From positions 42 through 64,041 of the forward strand of contig CAZPVP010000004.1 of NCBI GenBank assembly GCA_964590345.1: 64,000 nucleotides of DNA. The letters are read 5' to 3'. The translations under genes and the position numbers were made by a program. Origin of the DNA: an uncultured Gammaproteobacteria bacterium. Lineage in GTDB: Bacteria > Patescibacteriota > Patescibacteriia > CAIXNZ01. Shown in pieces: positions 38,202 through 48,979 of the stretch (its first letter is position 1; the number at the start of each line of letters is the position of its first letter). Below the pieces are notes generated by a model. The model made no database searches and had not been told where the DNA came from. It was given only the letters and a program-made list of their open reading frames with translations.

Positions 38202-38951
38202 ATGCCTAAAAGCAAGCAGTTAATTAATAAGAAAAAAAATTTTTGGCATCAACGTTGGTGGGGGATAGTTTTTTTGACTATTGGCGTATTGGCTTTCATT
38301 TATTTATCCGTTATCATTTATAAGGTGGTAGCTATTATTCAGCTTCAAAATCAAGCTAGAGCAGAAGCCTCTAAAGAGTTTTTAAATTCTAATATAAATA
38401 TCGGTAGTTCAAATTTACTTAGTTTATTGGAAACAACAGATGATCCTTATTTTGGATATCAAGAAGCTAAGTTGGTAATTGTTGTGTTTTTTGATTTTCA
38501 ATGCCCTTTTTGTAAAGAAGTTTATCCTACTATAAAAAAAATCAGGCAAGAATACCAGGATAAAGTTAAAATTATTTATCGTGATTTGCCGGATTTAGCC
38601 AATCACCCCGATGCTTTAACAGCAGCGATGGCTGCTGAATGCGCTGATGAGCAAAATCAATTTTGGCCTTATCATGATAAACTTTTTGAAAATCAGAATA
38701 ATTTATCAAAAGAAAACTTGAAACTTATTGCTTCTCAATTGGGATTAAATTCGAGCCAATTTAATCAATGTTTGGATAATGAAAAATATTTAACAGAAGT
38801 GCAAAATGATTTGCAAGATGCTTTAAAATTTGGAGTTACTGGCACCCCCACCTTTTTTATAAGTGGTAATAAAGTGCCAGGTGTTATCCCCTATGAAACT
38901 TTTAAATTAATAATTGAGAAGGCATTACGATTAAACAATAAAGATTTATGA
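38202..38951 (+). CDS. DsbA-family thioredoxin-like protein
   Basis: TM anchor; DFQCPFC, GVTGTPTFFI. Confidence 0.92.
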   Translation: MPKSKQLINKKKNFWHQRWWGIVFLTIGVLAFIYLSVIIYKVVAIIQLQNQARAEASKEFLNSNINIGSSNLLSLLETTDDPYFGYQEAKLVIVVFFDFQCPFCKEVYPTIKKIRQEYQDKVKIIYRDLPDLANHPDALTAAMAAECADEQNQFWPYHDKLFENQNNLSKENLKLIASQLGLNSSQFNQCLDNEKYLTEVQNDLQDALKFGVTGTPTFFISGNKVPGVIPYETFKLIIEKALRLNNKDL

Positions 38952-39505
38952 TTGAGATAAGAATTCATGGGCGTGGTGGCCAAGGCAATGTTACTTTAGC
39001 GGAATTAATTGCTATGGCAGCTTTTTATGACGGCGAATTTGTCCAAGCTTTCCCTAGTTTTGGAGTGGAGCGCAAGGGATCGCCAGTTAAGGCTTTTGCT
39101 AAAATTGATGATGAGTTTGTTTGCAGCCGTGAGCAGATTTATCAGCCGGATTATATAATAATTCAGGATCCGAGTTTGGTTAAAGCTGCTAATTCTTTAG
39201 ATGGTGCAAAAAAAGAGACCATAGTTTTAATTAATTCTAATAAATTACCTAGCGAAGTTTGCCCTGGCTATACAGGTAAGGTTCATTGCGTGCCGGTCTT
39301 AGATATTGCTTTGCAAATAATTGGCAAGCCGATTATTAATACGGCAATGCTTGGCGCTTTTGCCAAAATTAGTAATTTAATAAAATTAGAATCAGCAGTT
39401 AAAGCAATTGAAATTAATTTGGGAGAAAAATATGAAAAAAAGATTATTGATAAAAACATTAAAGCTTTAAAACAAGCTTATAAAGTTACTGAAAATAATT
39501 TATAA
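38948..39505 (+). CDS. porC: Pyruvate:ferredoxin oxidoreductase gamma subunit
   Basis: EIRIHGRGGQG, FGVERKGSPV, NTAMLGA. Confidence 0.93.
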   Translation: MIEIRIHGRGGQGNVTLAELIAMAAFYDGEFVQAFPSFGVERKGSPVKAFAKIDDEFVCSREQIYQPDYIIIQDPSLVKAANSLDGAKKETIVLINSNKLPSEVCPGYTGKVHCVPVLDIALQIIGKPIINTAMLGAFAKISNLIKLESAVKAIEINLGEKYEKKIIDKNIKALKQAYKVTENNL

Positions 39506-39507
39506 TT

Positions 39508-39789
39508 ATGAAAAAATTTAAGCATATTTTAACGGCTAAATCAGGCACAACTATTCAATATAAAACTGGCGGTTGGAGAACTTATAAGCCGGTAGTTGAT
39601 CATGAAGTTTGTATTGGTTGTGATATGTGCAATAAAGTTTGTCCTGAAGGGGTCTGTTTTTCTACTGGTCAAAAAAACAGTAAAGGCCGGATTTTTTATG
39701 ACCGTGATTTGGATTATTGCAAGGGCTGCGGACTTTGTGCTAAGCATTGTCCGGTTAATGCAATTAAAATGGTTAAAGACTATAAATAA
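39508..39789 (+). CDS. porD: Pyruvate:ferredoxin oxidoreductase delta subunit (2x4Fe-4S)
   Basis: TGGWRTYKP, CxxCxxCxxxCP twice, YCKGCGLC. Confidence 0.93.
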   Translation: MKKFKHILTAKSGTTIQYKTGGWRTYKPVVDHEVCIGCDMCNKVCPEGVCFSTGQKNSKGRIFYDRDLDYCKGCGLCAKHCPVNAIKMVKDYK

Positions 39790-39861
39790 ATTTTGAGATC
39801 TGAGATTTGAGATCTGAGATCTGAAATGCATTTAGTTTTCAGGATTCGGAATTAAAATGAT

Positions 39862-41025
39862 ATGAATAAAAATAATAACAAAAAAATTTTAGAAGGGTCA
39901 CATGCAGTGGCTGAAATAATTAGGCGAATTCAGCCGGCAGTTATTTCTGCTTATCCGATTACTCCTCAAACCCATATTGTGGAAGATTTAGAAAGGATGA
40001 AAGCGAATGGGGATGCTGATTTTGAATATATCAGAGCTGAATCAGAATTTGCTGCAGCTTCAATTGTTTTGGGTGCTAGTGCAACAGGAGTGAGAACTTA
40101 TACTGCAACTTGTTCCCAAGGGCTTTTATTAATGACAGAAGTTTTATTTAATATTGCAGGCATGCGTTTGCCGGTTGTATTAACTTGTGCTAACAGAGCA
40201 GTTTCAGCTCCGATCAGTATCTGGAATGATCAACAGGATTCTGTGACAATACGCGATGCTGGTTGGCTCCAGTTTTATGGTGAAACAAATCAGGAAATAG
40301 TAGATCTTCATCTTGTAGCTTATAAATTATCTGAAAGCCTGCAATTGCCAGCCATGGTTAATATGGATGGTTTTATTCTTACGCATACTTATGAGCCGAT
40401 TGAAATTCCAAGCGAAAATTTGATTAGAAGATATTTACCTAAATATCAGTCATCAAAAGATGCAATTTTGGATGTAAATAATCCGCGGTCCCTTGGCACT
40501 TTTGCTCCGCCCGATCAATATATGGAAATCAGACAAGAACTTTTTAATGATGTTGCGGCAACTAAAAAAGAAATTAAAAAAGTAGCTTCAGAATTTAAAA
40601 AAGTTTTTGGCCGTAATTTAGGATATGAGGGGTTAATTGAAAAGTATAAAACAGGTGATGCGGATATTATTTTAGTGGCCATGGGCTCTGTTTGCGGTAC
40701 GATTAAAGAAGTTATTGATGAATTAAGAAAAAAAGGCAAAAAAGTCGGACTTTTGAAAATAATATCTTTTAGACCTTTCCCTGATGAAGAAGTTCTTTTG
40801 GCTTTAAAAAAAGCTAAATATGTTGCAGTGTTTGATAAATCAATCTCAATGGGCAGTGAAGGAATTTTAGCTACTGATATAAAACGAGGCGCTTATAATA
40901 AACTGAATTCAAAAATTCAAAATTTCATTGTTGGTCTCGGAGGACGTGACGTTTCTAAAGAAATGATTAAAAAAATAATAACTGAAGTGAAATTTAAAGA
41001 TAATAAAGTGAAATTCATAGGTTAA
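39862..41025 (+). CDS. porA: Pyruvate:ferredoxin oxidoreductase alpha subunit
   Basis: AYPITPQT, ESEFAA, SQGLLLM, GLGGRD. Confidence 0.94.
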   Translation: MNKNNNKKILEGSHAVAEIIRRIQPAVISAYPITPQTHIVEDLERMKANGDADFEYIRAESEFAAASIVLGASATGVRTYTATCSQGLLLMTEVLFNIAGMRLPVVLTCANRAVSAPISIWNDQQDSVTIRDAGWLQFYGETNQEIVDLHLVAYKLSESLQLPAMVNMDGFILTHTYEPIEIPSENLIRRYLPKYQSSKDAILDVNNPRSLGTFAPPDQYMEIRQELFNDVAATKKEIKKVASEFKKVFGRNLGYEGLIEKYKTGDADIILVAMGSVCGTIKEVIDELRKKGKKVGLLKIISFRPFPDEEVLLALKKAKYVAVFDKSISMGSEGILATDIKRGAYNKLNSKIQNFIVGLGGRDVSKEMIKKIITEVKFKDNKVKFIG

Positions 41026-41098
41026 AATTTATATCCGACTTTAGCCTGTATGGCTTAGTTTACTATCGCGCTGTTGGCGGATTAAGAAAGTTAAGAAA

Positions 41099-42028
41099 GT
41101 GGAGAATAAAAACAATTTAATTATGCCAGAAAAAAAATACAAAAATCCATTTGAACACCTGTTAAATCCCGGGCATACTGCTTGTCCTGGTTGCGGTCAA
41201 TTGATTGCCGCTCGTCATGTCATTGATACTTGCGGTAAAAATACTATTATTGCTAATGCGACCGGTTGTTTGGAAGTTACGACTTCAAAGCATCCGACGA
41301 GTTCTTGGAAAGTGCCTTGGATACATTCCTTGTTTGAAAATCCAGCAGCAGTAGCCACTGGTATTTTAACTGCTTTAAAGCAAAAAGGTTTAAATAAAAA
41401 AGTAAATGTTGTGGCCCAAGCAGGTGATGGCGGTACTTTTGATATTGGCTTGGGTTTGATTTCTGGCATGTGGGAGCGGAAAGATAATATATTATTTGTT
41501 TGTTATGATACTGAAGTATATTCCAATACTGGTTATCAGGCTTCAGGCGCTACACCTCACGCCGCTTTTACGCGAACTTCTTGGCCTGGCAAGAAATCGA
41601 TGGGCAATATTTATTTTAAAAAGAATATGATTGAAATCGCTTTGGCCCATGGTGTAGCTTATGTTGCCTCAACAACTTCTGGCTATATTGAAGATATTGA
41701 AAAAAAAGTAAAAAAAGCTTTAGAATTTGAAGGGCCAAAATTTATTCATATTTTAACGCCTTGTATTCCTGGTTGGGGCGTTGGAGATAATATGGCAATT
41801 GATTTGGGTAAGCTGGCCCAAAAAACAGGATTTTTCCCTGTTTTGGAATATGCAAAGGGTGAATTGATTAATGTCATGAAAGTTCCGCAAGATACGCCCA
41901 AGGTTGAAGAATATTTAAAGCATCACGCCAGATTTAAGCATTTGTTTAAAAATAAACAAGGTCGGCAAGAATTAAAAGTTTTACAGGATGTTTGTGATAA
42001 AAATATACAGAAATATAATTTAAGATAA
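41099..42028 (+). CDS. porB: Pyruvate:ferredoxin oxidoreductase beta subunit
   Basis: GHTACPGCG, ATGCLEV, GDGGTFDIG, YSNTG.Q; ATG 41123 may be the true start. Confidence 0.94.
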   Translation: MENKNNLIMPEKKYKNPFEHLLNPGHTACPGCGQLIAARHVIDTCGKNTIIANATGCLEVTTSKHPTSSWKVPWIHSLFENPAAVATGILTALKQKGLNKKVNVVAQAGDGGTFDIGLGLISGMWERKDNILFVCYDTEVYSNTGYQASGATPHAAFTRTSWPGKKSMGNIYFKKNMIEIALAHGVAYVASTTSGYIEDIEKKVKKALEFEGPKFIHILTPCIPGWGVGDNMAIDLGKLAQKTGFFPVLEYAKGELINVMKVPQDTPKVEEYLKHHARFKHLFKNKQGRQELKVLQDVCDKNIQKYNLR

Positions 42029-42116
42029 TCCCGCCAAAGGCGGGATTTATTGACAAAATATTTTATTAATGCTAAGATTTAATATTAAAAATAAAAAGAA
42101 AAAAAGGAGGAATTTG

Positions 42117-42599
42117 ATGCCTAGAAGACGTTTGAAATATTATGCCAAAGGCCCAGAGGCAGAAGAAGCTGTGATTTTGGCCAAAAAAGTCTTTAATTTG
42201 AAAGAGCAATTGGGAATTAATTATGAACAAATGGCCAGAGAAACCGACTTAACCGTTTCTTCTTTACGCAATATAAAATCAATTTGGGTTAATGGCGCGA
42301 GAAATCCCCAGTATATGTATCCTTCAGTTGCCAATAGATTAGTCGAATTTTGGAATAGTCACCTTATTAATAGCAAAAGTAAACCGGCTAAAGTTAAAAA
42401 AGGTGAAAGCAGGATTAAGTCTGGCAAAGCAGAAAAAGCTGTTGATCAATCAGAATTCAATGAAAGCGTCTTATGTGTTTTAATTAAGAAAGTCGGTCTA
42501 TCTCAAGCGCAAAAAGTGCTTAAAGTGCGGGGGAAAGAAGATAAATTGAAAGACTTTCTGGAGTCTTTGTCATCTGAAAAATTGGCGGATTTGGTTTGA
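42117..42599 (+). CDS. Hypothetical protein, possible N-terminal HTH
   Basis: AGGAGG RBS, own promoter and downstream hairpin; GINYEQMARETDLTVSSLRNI resembles an HTH. Confidence 0.55.
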   Translation: MPRRRLKYYAKGPEAEEAVILAKKVFNLKEQLGINYEQMARETDLTVSSLRNIKSIWVNGARNPQYMYPSVANRLVEFWNSHLINSKSKPAKVKKGESRIKSGKAEKAVDQSEFNESVLCVLIKKVGLSQAQKVLKVRGKEDKLKDFLESLSSEKLADLV

Positions 42600-42809
42600 T
42601 TATTATCAAACACAATCCTTACGTAAAAAACGTAAGGATTTTTATTTTTAAAGGATGTTTGGTTCTTCTTTCTTGACCTAATTATTTTGTTATGTTAGAA
42701 TGTGTATTAATAGTGTTTAGGAATTAAGATAGTAGGTCGCTGATTTTAGATTATGGATTATTAATCAGAAATTTGCAATCTGAAATTTTAAATCAATAAA
42801 AATAAAATC

Positions 42810-45662
42810 ATGGCAAAAAAAGATAAAATAATTATCAAAGGCGCCAGAGTGCACAATTTAAAAAATATTAATGTTGAAATTCCGAAAAATAAATTTGTGG
42901 TAATTACTGGACTTTCGGGTTCTGGTAAATCATCTTTAGCTTTTGATATTATTTTTGCTGAAGGCCAAAGACAATATGTAGAAAGTTTATCTTCTTATGC
43001 CCGCCAGTTTATTGGCGTGATGGATAAACCCGATGTTGATCAGATAGAAGGATTGTCGCCAGTTATTGCCATAGACCAGAAAACAACTTCTAATAATCCT
43101 CGCTCAACTGTCGGTACCATAACGGAGATCTATGATTACCTCCGTCTTTTATTTGCTCGCATCGGCCAAGTTCATTGTCCGGTTTGCGGTGATAAAATTG
43201 AAAAATTAGGTGTTGAACAAATTATTGAAAAGATTTTAGAATTGCCAAAACAAACCAGAATTACTATTTTAGCTCCAATTGTTATTAATAAGAAAGGTAA
43301 TCTTGATCATTTGATAAAAAAAATGAAAAAAGCTAATTTTTATCAATTAAGACTGGATGGGAAAATTTACAGCATGAAAGAAATGGAAGAAATAGTTATT
43401 GATGAAGATAATGCCCATGAGTTAGATGTTGTTGTTGATCATGTTTTTGTGGAAAGAGTTAGGCCAGAAAAATTAAGTCAAAGCGCTTTGTATCTTGCTG
43501 TAAAAAATGCTTTGGATTTGGCCAATGGTATGGTTAAAATTTTACGCAAGGATAATAATCAGGAATTAAAATTTTCCCAGCATTTGCATTGTTCAAAATG
43601 TGGTATTAATTTGCCAGAGATTGAATTGCGAAGTTTTTCTTTTAATTCACCTTTTGGCGCTTGCCCTAAATGTACTGGTTTGGGCGTGCGGTTGGAAATA
43701 GATCCGCAGTTAGTCGTTTTTAATCCTAAATTAACCATAGAGCAAGGTGCAGTTAAAGTTTGGTCACGTTTAACTTCTAATCAGCCCTTGCAGCATAAAA
43801 TTATAGCTGCCGTTGCCAAAGCCCATAAAGTCCCTTTGAATAAACCGGTTAATAAGATGAAAAAAGCAGATTTAAATTTAGTTTTATATGGGACCGGGGA
43901 TGAAGAATATGAAATTGGCAATAAAAAATATAAATTTGAAGGCATTATTCCTTTTTTGGAAAACAAATATAAAGAAACTGATTCTGATTATGTGCAAAAA
44001 GAAATAGAAGATTACATGCGAGAGATTATTTGTCCTGAATGTCAGGGCAAAAGATTAAGGCCTGAAAGTTTGGCAGTTACAATTTTGGGTAAAAATATTG
44101 CAGATTTAGTTAATTTAGATTTGCAGGCACTTTTTGATTGGTTTTCTGAAATTGAAAAAAAAGTTAAAAGCAAAAAAAAAGGCCTGACAGAAAAAGAGTA
44201 TAAAATCGCAGAGCAATTAATTTGCGAGATAAAAAAAAGATTAGAATATTTAATTGCGGTTTCTTTGGATTATTTAACTTTGGATCGCAGCGCTACGACT
44301 TTGGCTGGCGGTGAATCACAAAGAATTCGTTTGGCTAAACAGATTTCTTCTTCATTGACTGAAATAATTTATGTTTTGGATGAGCCTTCTATTGGCATGC
44401 ATCAGCGTGATATAGAGCGTTTAATTAATACTTTAAAAAAATTAAGAGATACGGGAAATACTGTTTTAGTTGTTGAGCATGATCAGGCAATTATGCAAGA
44501 AGCTGACATTGTGATTGATTTAGGGCCAGGCGCTGGCGAGTATGGTGGTAAAATTGTTGATCTTGGCACTTTGGATAAGATAAAAAAGAACAAAGATTCA
44601 TTGACTGGTTTGTATCTTTCCGGGAAATATAAAATTGAAACACGAAAAAAATATCGTAAAGGTAATAATAAAAATATAACCGTCAAAGGAGCTACAGCTA
44701 ATAATTTAAACAATATAGATGTTAAGTTTCCTTTAGGTAAATTTATTACGGTGACAGGTGTCTCTGGCTCTGGTAAATCAACTTTAGTTACAGATATTTT
44801 GTCTAGGGCTTTAGCCAAAAATTTTTATCGAGCAAAAGAACAACCGCTTGAACATAAAGAAATTGCAGGTATTAGTAATTTGGATAAAGTAATTACAGTT
44901 GACCAAAGTCCGATTGGCCGTACTCCGCGTTCAAATCCTGCCACTTATACAGGTGTTTTCACTTATATCCGCGATTTATTTACTCAAGTTCCAGAAGCCA
45001 AAATGCGCGGTTTTGATGCCGGTAAATTCAGCTTTAATGTAGTTGGCGGACGCTGTGAAACTTGTGCAGGCGAGGGTTTGGTCAAAATTGAAATGCAATT
45101 TTTACCGGATGTTTATGTTGAATGTGAAGAATGTCATGGTAGCCGTTATGTTAAAGAAGCATTGGAAATTCATTATAAGGGTAAAAATATTGCTGATGTT
45201 TTGGCTATGCCAGTTGAAGAAGCGCGCCGTTTTTTTGCTGATATTCCGATAATTTATGAAAAATTAATGATTTTATATGATGTTGGTTTGGGTTATATTA
45301 AATTGGGTCAGCCAGCTACCACACTTTCAGGCGGTGAAGCCCAGCGTGTTAAATTAGCTACAGAACTTTCGCGTCGAGCAACTGGCAAAACATTATATAT
45401 TTTAGATGAACCAACAACCGGTTTGCATTTTGATGATATTAATCGTTTATTGGGCGTTTTGCATAAATTAGTTGATAAAGGTAATACTGTTTTGGTCATT
45501 GAGCATAATTTGGATGTAGTCAAGCAAGCTGATTGGGTAATTGATATGGGACCGGAAGGCGGTGATAAAGGCGGTAAAATTGTAGCTCAGGGTCCGCCAA
45601 AGGTCATTGCCAAAATCAAAAATAGTTATACAGGAAAATTTTTAAAGAAATTAGTGAAATAA
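42810..45662 (+). CDS. uvrA: Excinuclease ABC subunit A
   Basis: GARVHNLKN, two Walker A GxSGSGKS, zinc fingers, [12 protein letters not shown]. Confidence 0.98.
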   Translation: MAKKDKIIIKGARVHNLKNINVEIPKNKFVVITGLSGSGKSSLAFDIIFAEGQRQYVESLSSYARQFIGVMDKPDVDQIEGLSPVIAIDQKTTSNNPRSTVGTITEIYDYLRLLFARIGQVHCPVCGDKIEKLGVEQIIEKILELPKQTRITILAPIVINKKGNLDHLIKKMKKANFYQLRLDGKIYSMKEMEEIVIDEDNAHELDVVVDHVFVERVRPEKLSQSALYLAVKNALDLANGMVKILRKDNNQELKFSQHLHCSKCGINLPEIELRSFSFNSPFGACPKCTGLGVRLEIDPQLVVFNPKLTIEQGAVKVWSRLTSNQPLQHKIIAAVAKAHKVPLNKPVNKMKKADLNLVLYGTGDEEYEIGNKKYKFEGIIPFLENKYKETDSDYVQKEIEDYMREIICPECQGKRLRPESLAVTILGKNIADLVNLDLQALFDWFSEIEKKVKSKKKGLTEKEYKIAEQLICEIKKRLEYLIAVSLDYLTLDRSATTLAGGESQRIRLAKQISSSLTEIIYVLDEPSIGMHQRDIERLINTLKKLRDTGNTVLVVEHDQAIMQEADIVIDLGPGAGEYGGKIVDLGTLDKIKKNKDSLTGLYLSGKYKIETRKKYRKGNNKNITVKGATANNLNNIDVKFPLGKFITVTGVSGSGKSTLVTDILSRALAKNFYRAKEQPLEHKEIAGISNLDKVITVDQSPIGRTPRSNPATYTGVFTYIRDLFTQVPEAKMRGFDAGKFSFNVVGGRCETCAGEGLVKIEMQFLPDVYVECEECHGSRYVKEALEIHYKGKNIADVLAMPVEEARRFFADIPIIYEKLMILYDVGLGYIKLGQPATTLSGGEAQRVKLATELSRRATGKTLYILDEPTTGLHFDDINRLLGVLHKLVDKGNTVLVIEHNLDVVKQADWVIDMGPEGGDKGGKIVAQGPPKVIAKIKNSYTGKFLKKLVK

Positions 45663-45680
45663 AAAATAGTATTTTATAAA

Positions 45681-45710
45681 TATAGAGGCGCGCTATAGCG
45701 CGCCTCTATA
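45681..45710. repeat. Perfect 30-bp palindrome (GTAG-type REP-like)
   Basis: TATAGAGGCGCGCTATAGCGCGCCTCTATA; related to 46847-46874. Confidence 0.65.
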
Positions 45711-45833
45711 AATTTGAGATTAAATTTTACAATAAGTCATTTTTTATTTCATCCCGATACAATTTATGCAAAAGATGAGATATTAAATATCTGTTAGTAT
45801 AATAAATCGTACAATAAAATAAAGGAGGAAAAA

Positions 45834-46049
45834 ATGCATGATTGGTCAGATTTTCAAGAAGTATTAGCAATATTTTCGGTGATGGGTTGTCTTTATGGTT
45901 CTATCTATAGTTGCACAGGTATTGCTGCAATTATTCAAAATAAAAAATTTTTTTTGAATGAGAATGATTTATTCCGTTTTAGGATCTATGAAATTGTGGG
46001 TTTTTTGATTTTTTTCAGTAGTGTTTTGGTCTTTTTGCATCTGTTATAA
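45834..46049 (+). CDS. Small membrane protein
   Basis: AGGAGG RBS; two hydrophobic segments. Confidence 0.55.
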   Translation: MHDWSDFQEVLAIFSVMGCLYGSIYSCTGIAAIIQNKKFFLNENDLFRFRIYEIVGFLIFFSSVLVFLHLL

Positions 46050-46154
46050 ATAAATCATCTTAATTCTAATCATTGATTTTTTTGTGTTGGATATATTTGC
46101 CACATAATAAGTCCGGCAAATTGATAATTAAAATAAAAATCAAAGGAGAAAAAC

Positions 46155-46784
46155 ATGAAAAGGATGATCTTGTTTGTTATTGCTATTTTGGTAATGGCGA
46201 TCCCAGCTTTAGCCAGTGATGAGGATACTGTCGCAGTTTCACAATTAAGCATTGCGGCTGACCATGGCTTTTGGGGAGAAGAAATAAACGGTCTTTCCGG
46301 CTATGCTTCGGCTATCTTTTTTTATAACTTTAATAATGATTATTCAGCGCTTTTTGGCTATCTCGGCCCGGTTATAGATATAGGCGATTTCAGCCTTTAT
46401 CCTTTGGCAGCAATTTATGCTGATACCTATGCTTGGATGGTCGGTCCTTCATTGTGGCTAGAATATGCCGGGGACGAAAATCATTTTTTTGTTGAGGGAG
46501 ATTATTATGTGCCATGGCTTTCAACTGAATCTGGTGAAAATGCCTAGCTACCCCCCCATCAGTATTATTGTTTTGCGGAATATTCCAGGTCATTTAAGGA
46601 TAAAGTCAATTTTGGCCTGGATTTTGAGGCAATGGGTGATTTTGAGGAAAAGCCTTATGAGCTGGCAGCGGGTCCGTTTGTCCAATTCAATAAAGTCAAA
46701 TTCTGGTTTTTCTATGACGAGGCGCCAATTGAGGAAGATCTTCATTACGTTGGCGTGAGATTTAAATTAACTTTAGGTTTTTAA
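46155..46784 (+). pseudogene. Secreted beta-barrel-like protein interrupted by in-frame TAG (46545-46547)
   Basis: Signal peptide; frame stays open for 78 more codons after TAG, ending YVGVRFKLTLGF-stop, then a terminator hairpin. Confidence 0.65.
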
Positions 46785-46825
46785 AACCAAAAAACGAGGC
46801 AATAGCCTCGTTTTATAATTTTATT

Positions 46826-46914
46826 AAAAAATAGCATTGTTTAACCGTAGAGACACGCCATGGCGTGTCTCTACAAATATGTAATTTAAATTTTGCGCAA
46901 CAATGCTATTTTTT
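46826..46914. mobile_element. MITE-like element with 16-bp terminal inverted repeats and nested palindrome
   Basis: AAAAAATAGCATTGTT...AACAATGCTATTTTTT; internal GTAGAGACACGCCATGGCGTGTCTCTAC; related element at 56451-56513. Confidence 0.55.
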
Positions 46915-47274
46915 ATTTTCTTTTTTCTCGGAAACGGATTTTAAGCGTTTTTTATAATCACGAGTGTAATATAATTTTGCTCTTCTGACATATTTTTGAT
47001 CAACCAATTCAATCTTTTCAATAAGCGGAGAATGCAATGGAAAAATTTTTTCCACGCCAATGCCTTCACTGACTTTTCTAACGGTGATAGTAGCACCTTT
47101 TTCTTTGCCGTGTTTACGTGCTAAAACCAATCCTTCAAAAGCCTGGGTTCTTTCTTTTTCTTCACCTTTGGCCGTCACATCTTTAATCTTTTGATGGACA
47201 CGCACCACCATGCCTGGTTTGACTTCCAGCTTGTCTATGATTTGTTTTTCTTGGTTTTGTTTCTTTTTTGCCAT
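46906..47274 (-). CDS. rplS: 50S ribosomal protein L19
   Basis: [39 protein letters not shown]. Confidence 0.97.
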   Translation of the reverse strand: MAKKKQNQEKQIIDKLEVKPGMVVRVHQKIKDVTAKGEEKERTQAFEGLVLARKHGKEKGATITVRKVSEGIGVEKIFPLHSPLIEKIELVDQKYVRRAKLYYTRDYKKRLKSVSEKKENKK

Positions 47275-47377
47275 ATATATTGGTAATTGGTATATTGGTT
47301 TATTAGTAGATTAGGGATAGGAAAAGTATTTATAATAAAATAAAAATCCGAAAGGATTTAAGTAATCTAATTGTAGC

Positions 47378-47974
47378 TTATATTTGATTTTTCGTCAAGT
47401 TTTGAATAGCATCTGTGGTTTTTTTTACTGATTGTTCTACGGTAAAATTGGTAGTGTCCAAAATAAAATCATAATGCGATTTTTTTGTATGATCAATGCC
47501 ATAATATTTTTTGTATCGTTTCTTGTCACTGGCAATCCTTTTTTTTATTGCTTTTTTTACATCAGCCAATGAATTATATTTAGCCTCTGCTTTTCTGCCG
47601 TTTGATTTTTTTTTCTGATATTGCTTCCAGATTCTTCTTGTGCCTTCTTCCAAGCTTACTTTAATGTAGATTTTAAAAGATTCAGGCAAGAAATGAAACT
47701 GCGTCCTACCTTCAACAATAACCGGATATTTTTTTGCTAAGCGACGCGCTTCTTTTGCCACTTTTTTATCAATATCAACATCGGTTTCAGGATGATTTTC
47801 GGCATATTTATTCAGCTCACTTAAAGTCATTCCTTTTTCTTTTGCAATTTGCCTTCTTATTCCGCCGACATAAATGCGCTTGGCTTTTAATGTATCAGCC
47901 AGTTTTTTTGCAATGGTTGTTTTGCCACTACCCGGGTCACCGGAAATTGTGATGATTATATTTTGTTTTGGCAT
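47378..47974 (-). CDS. cmk: Cytidylate kinase (archaeal-type family)
   Basis: ITISGDPGSGKTT, VIVEGR, SDKKRYKKYYGID. Confidence 0.85.
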   Translation of the reverse strand: MPKQNIIITISGDPGSGKTTIAKKLADTLKAKRIYVGGIRRQIAKEKGMTLSELNKYAENHPETDVDIDKKVAKEARRLAKKYPVIVEGRTQFHFLPESFKIYIKVSLEEGTRRIWKQYQKKKSNGRKAEAKYNSLADVKKAIKKRIASDKKRYKKYYGIDHTKKSHYDFILDTTNFTVEQSVKKTTDAIQNLTKNQI

Positions 47975-48056
47975 ATAAGATTGGGTTGGATTGTAAAACT
48001 TTAGTTTTACCTAATTATGGAGGCAGATAAAGCTAAAGCTTTATATTCCAATTGGG

Positions 48057-48977
48057 CTACTTTAATTCTTTAATTATTTTTTGAAGTTTTGTCGGCAATT
48101 TTGATTTAAATTCAAGATATTTGCCATCCAACTTTTCAAAGCCTAAAATAGTTGAATGCAAAAAAGGACGGTCAATTTCTAATTTTTCTTTAACCTTCTT
48201 TTGCTTATATAATTGATCGCCAGCAACAGGATGATTAATGGCATTGAAGTGAGCCCGGATTTGATGGGTCCGGCCGGTTAAAAGTTCTACTTCTAACAAA
48301 GAAAAATTTTTGAATTGTTTTTTTACAGCATATTTTGTAATTGCCTCTTTACCGCCTTGAGATTTTGGCTTAACAGCCATTTTGCCGCCATTAGCCGAAC
48401 GGGCTATTGGCATGTCAATAATACCTTCGGTCTTTTCCATTTGGCCGTGAACCAAAGCATTGTATGTTTTTTTTATTTTTCTGGTTTGAAATTGTTTTTT
48501 GAAATAATCAAAGGCTTTTTGAGTTTTACAAACCAGCATTAGCCCAGAAATGTCTTTATCCAAACGATGAACAATACCAGGCCGCAATTTATCATCTCCG
48601 ACTTTTTTGATTTTCGGACAATAAGCCAAAAGCCCATTGACTAATGTGTCTGTCTCCATTTTATCGGTCGCATGGACTAAAAGTCCGGCCGGTTTATCAA
48701 TGATAATAATATTATCATCTTCAAAAACAATTTTAATTTTTACTTTGGTATTAGCTTCTAATTTTTTTTCTTCAGTCAGGTCTTTGATTTTTTTATTAGC
48801 AATTTCAATTTGATCGCCCAATTTTAAAAAACGATGAACAGTAGATTTTTCACCATTGACTATTATTTTGCCTCGTTTGATAAGTTTTTGGATTTGTGAA
48901 CGTGTAATTGGCAGCTTCGTTGTTAGAAATTTATCTAAACGCTGGCCTTGTTCTTTGTCTGTAATTTTTATTTTCAT
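48057..48977 (-). CDS. RluA/RluD family pseudouridine synthase
   Basis: S4 domain, DKPAGLLVH, GIVHRLDKDISG, TGRTHQIR. Confidence 0.95.
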   Translation of the reverse strand: MKIKITDKEQGQRLDKFLTTKLPITRSQIQKLIKRGKIIVNGEKSTVHRFLKLGDQIEIANKKIKDLTEEKKLEANTKVKIKIVFEDDNIIIIDKPAGLLVHATDKMETDTLVNGLLAYCPKIKKVGDDKLRPGIVHRLDKDISGLMLVCKTQKAFDYFKKQFQTRKIKKTYNALVHGQMEKTEGIIDMPIARSANGGKMAVKPKSQGGKEAITKYAVKKQFKNFSLLEVELLTGRTHQIRAHFNAINHPVAGDQLYKQKKVKEKLEIDRPFLHSTILGFEKLDGKYLEFKSKLPTKLQKIIKELK

Positions 48978-48979
48978 AT

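Noticed and set aside
46545-46547. Genome-wide stop-codon reassignment
   Set aside because: TAG, TGA and TAA all terminate conserved genes here (e.g. NIF3 TAG, ruvA TGA), and long genes have no internal stops
46465-46758. 97-aa plus-strand ORF as a separate gene
   Set aside because: Out of frame with the beta-strand-like continuation of 46155; no RBS or motif
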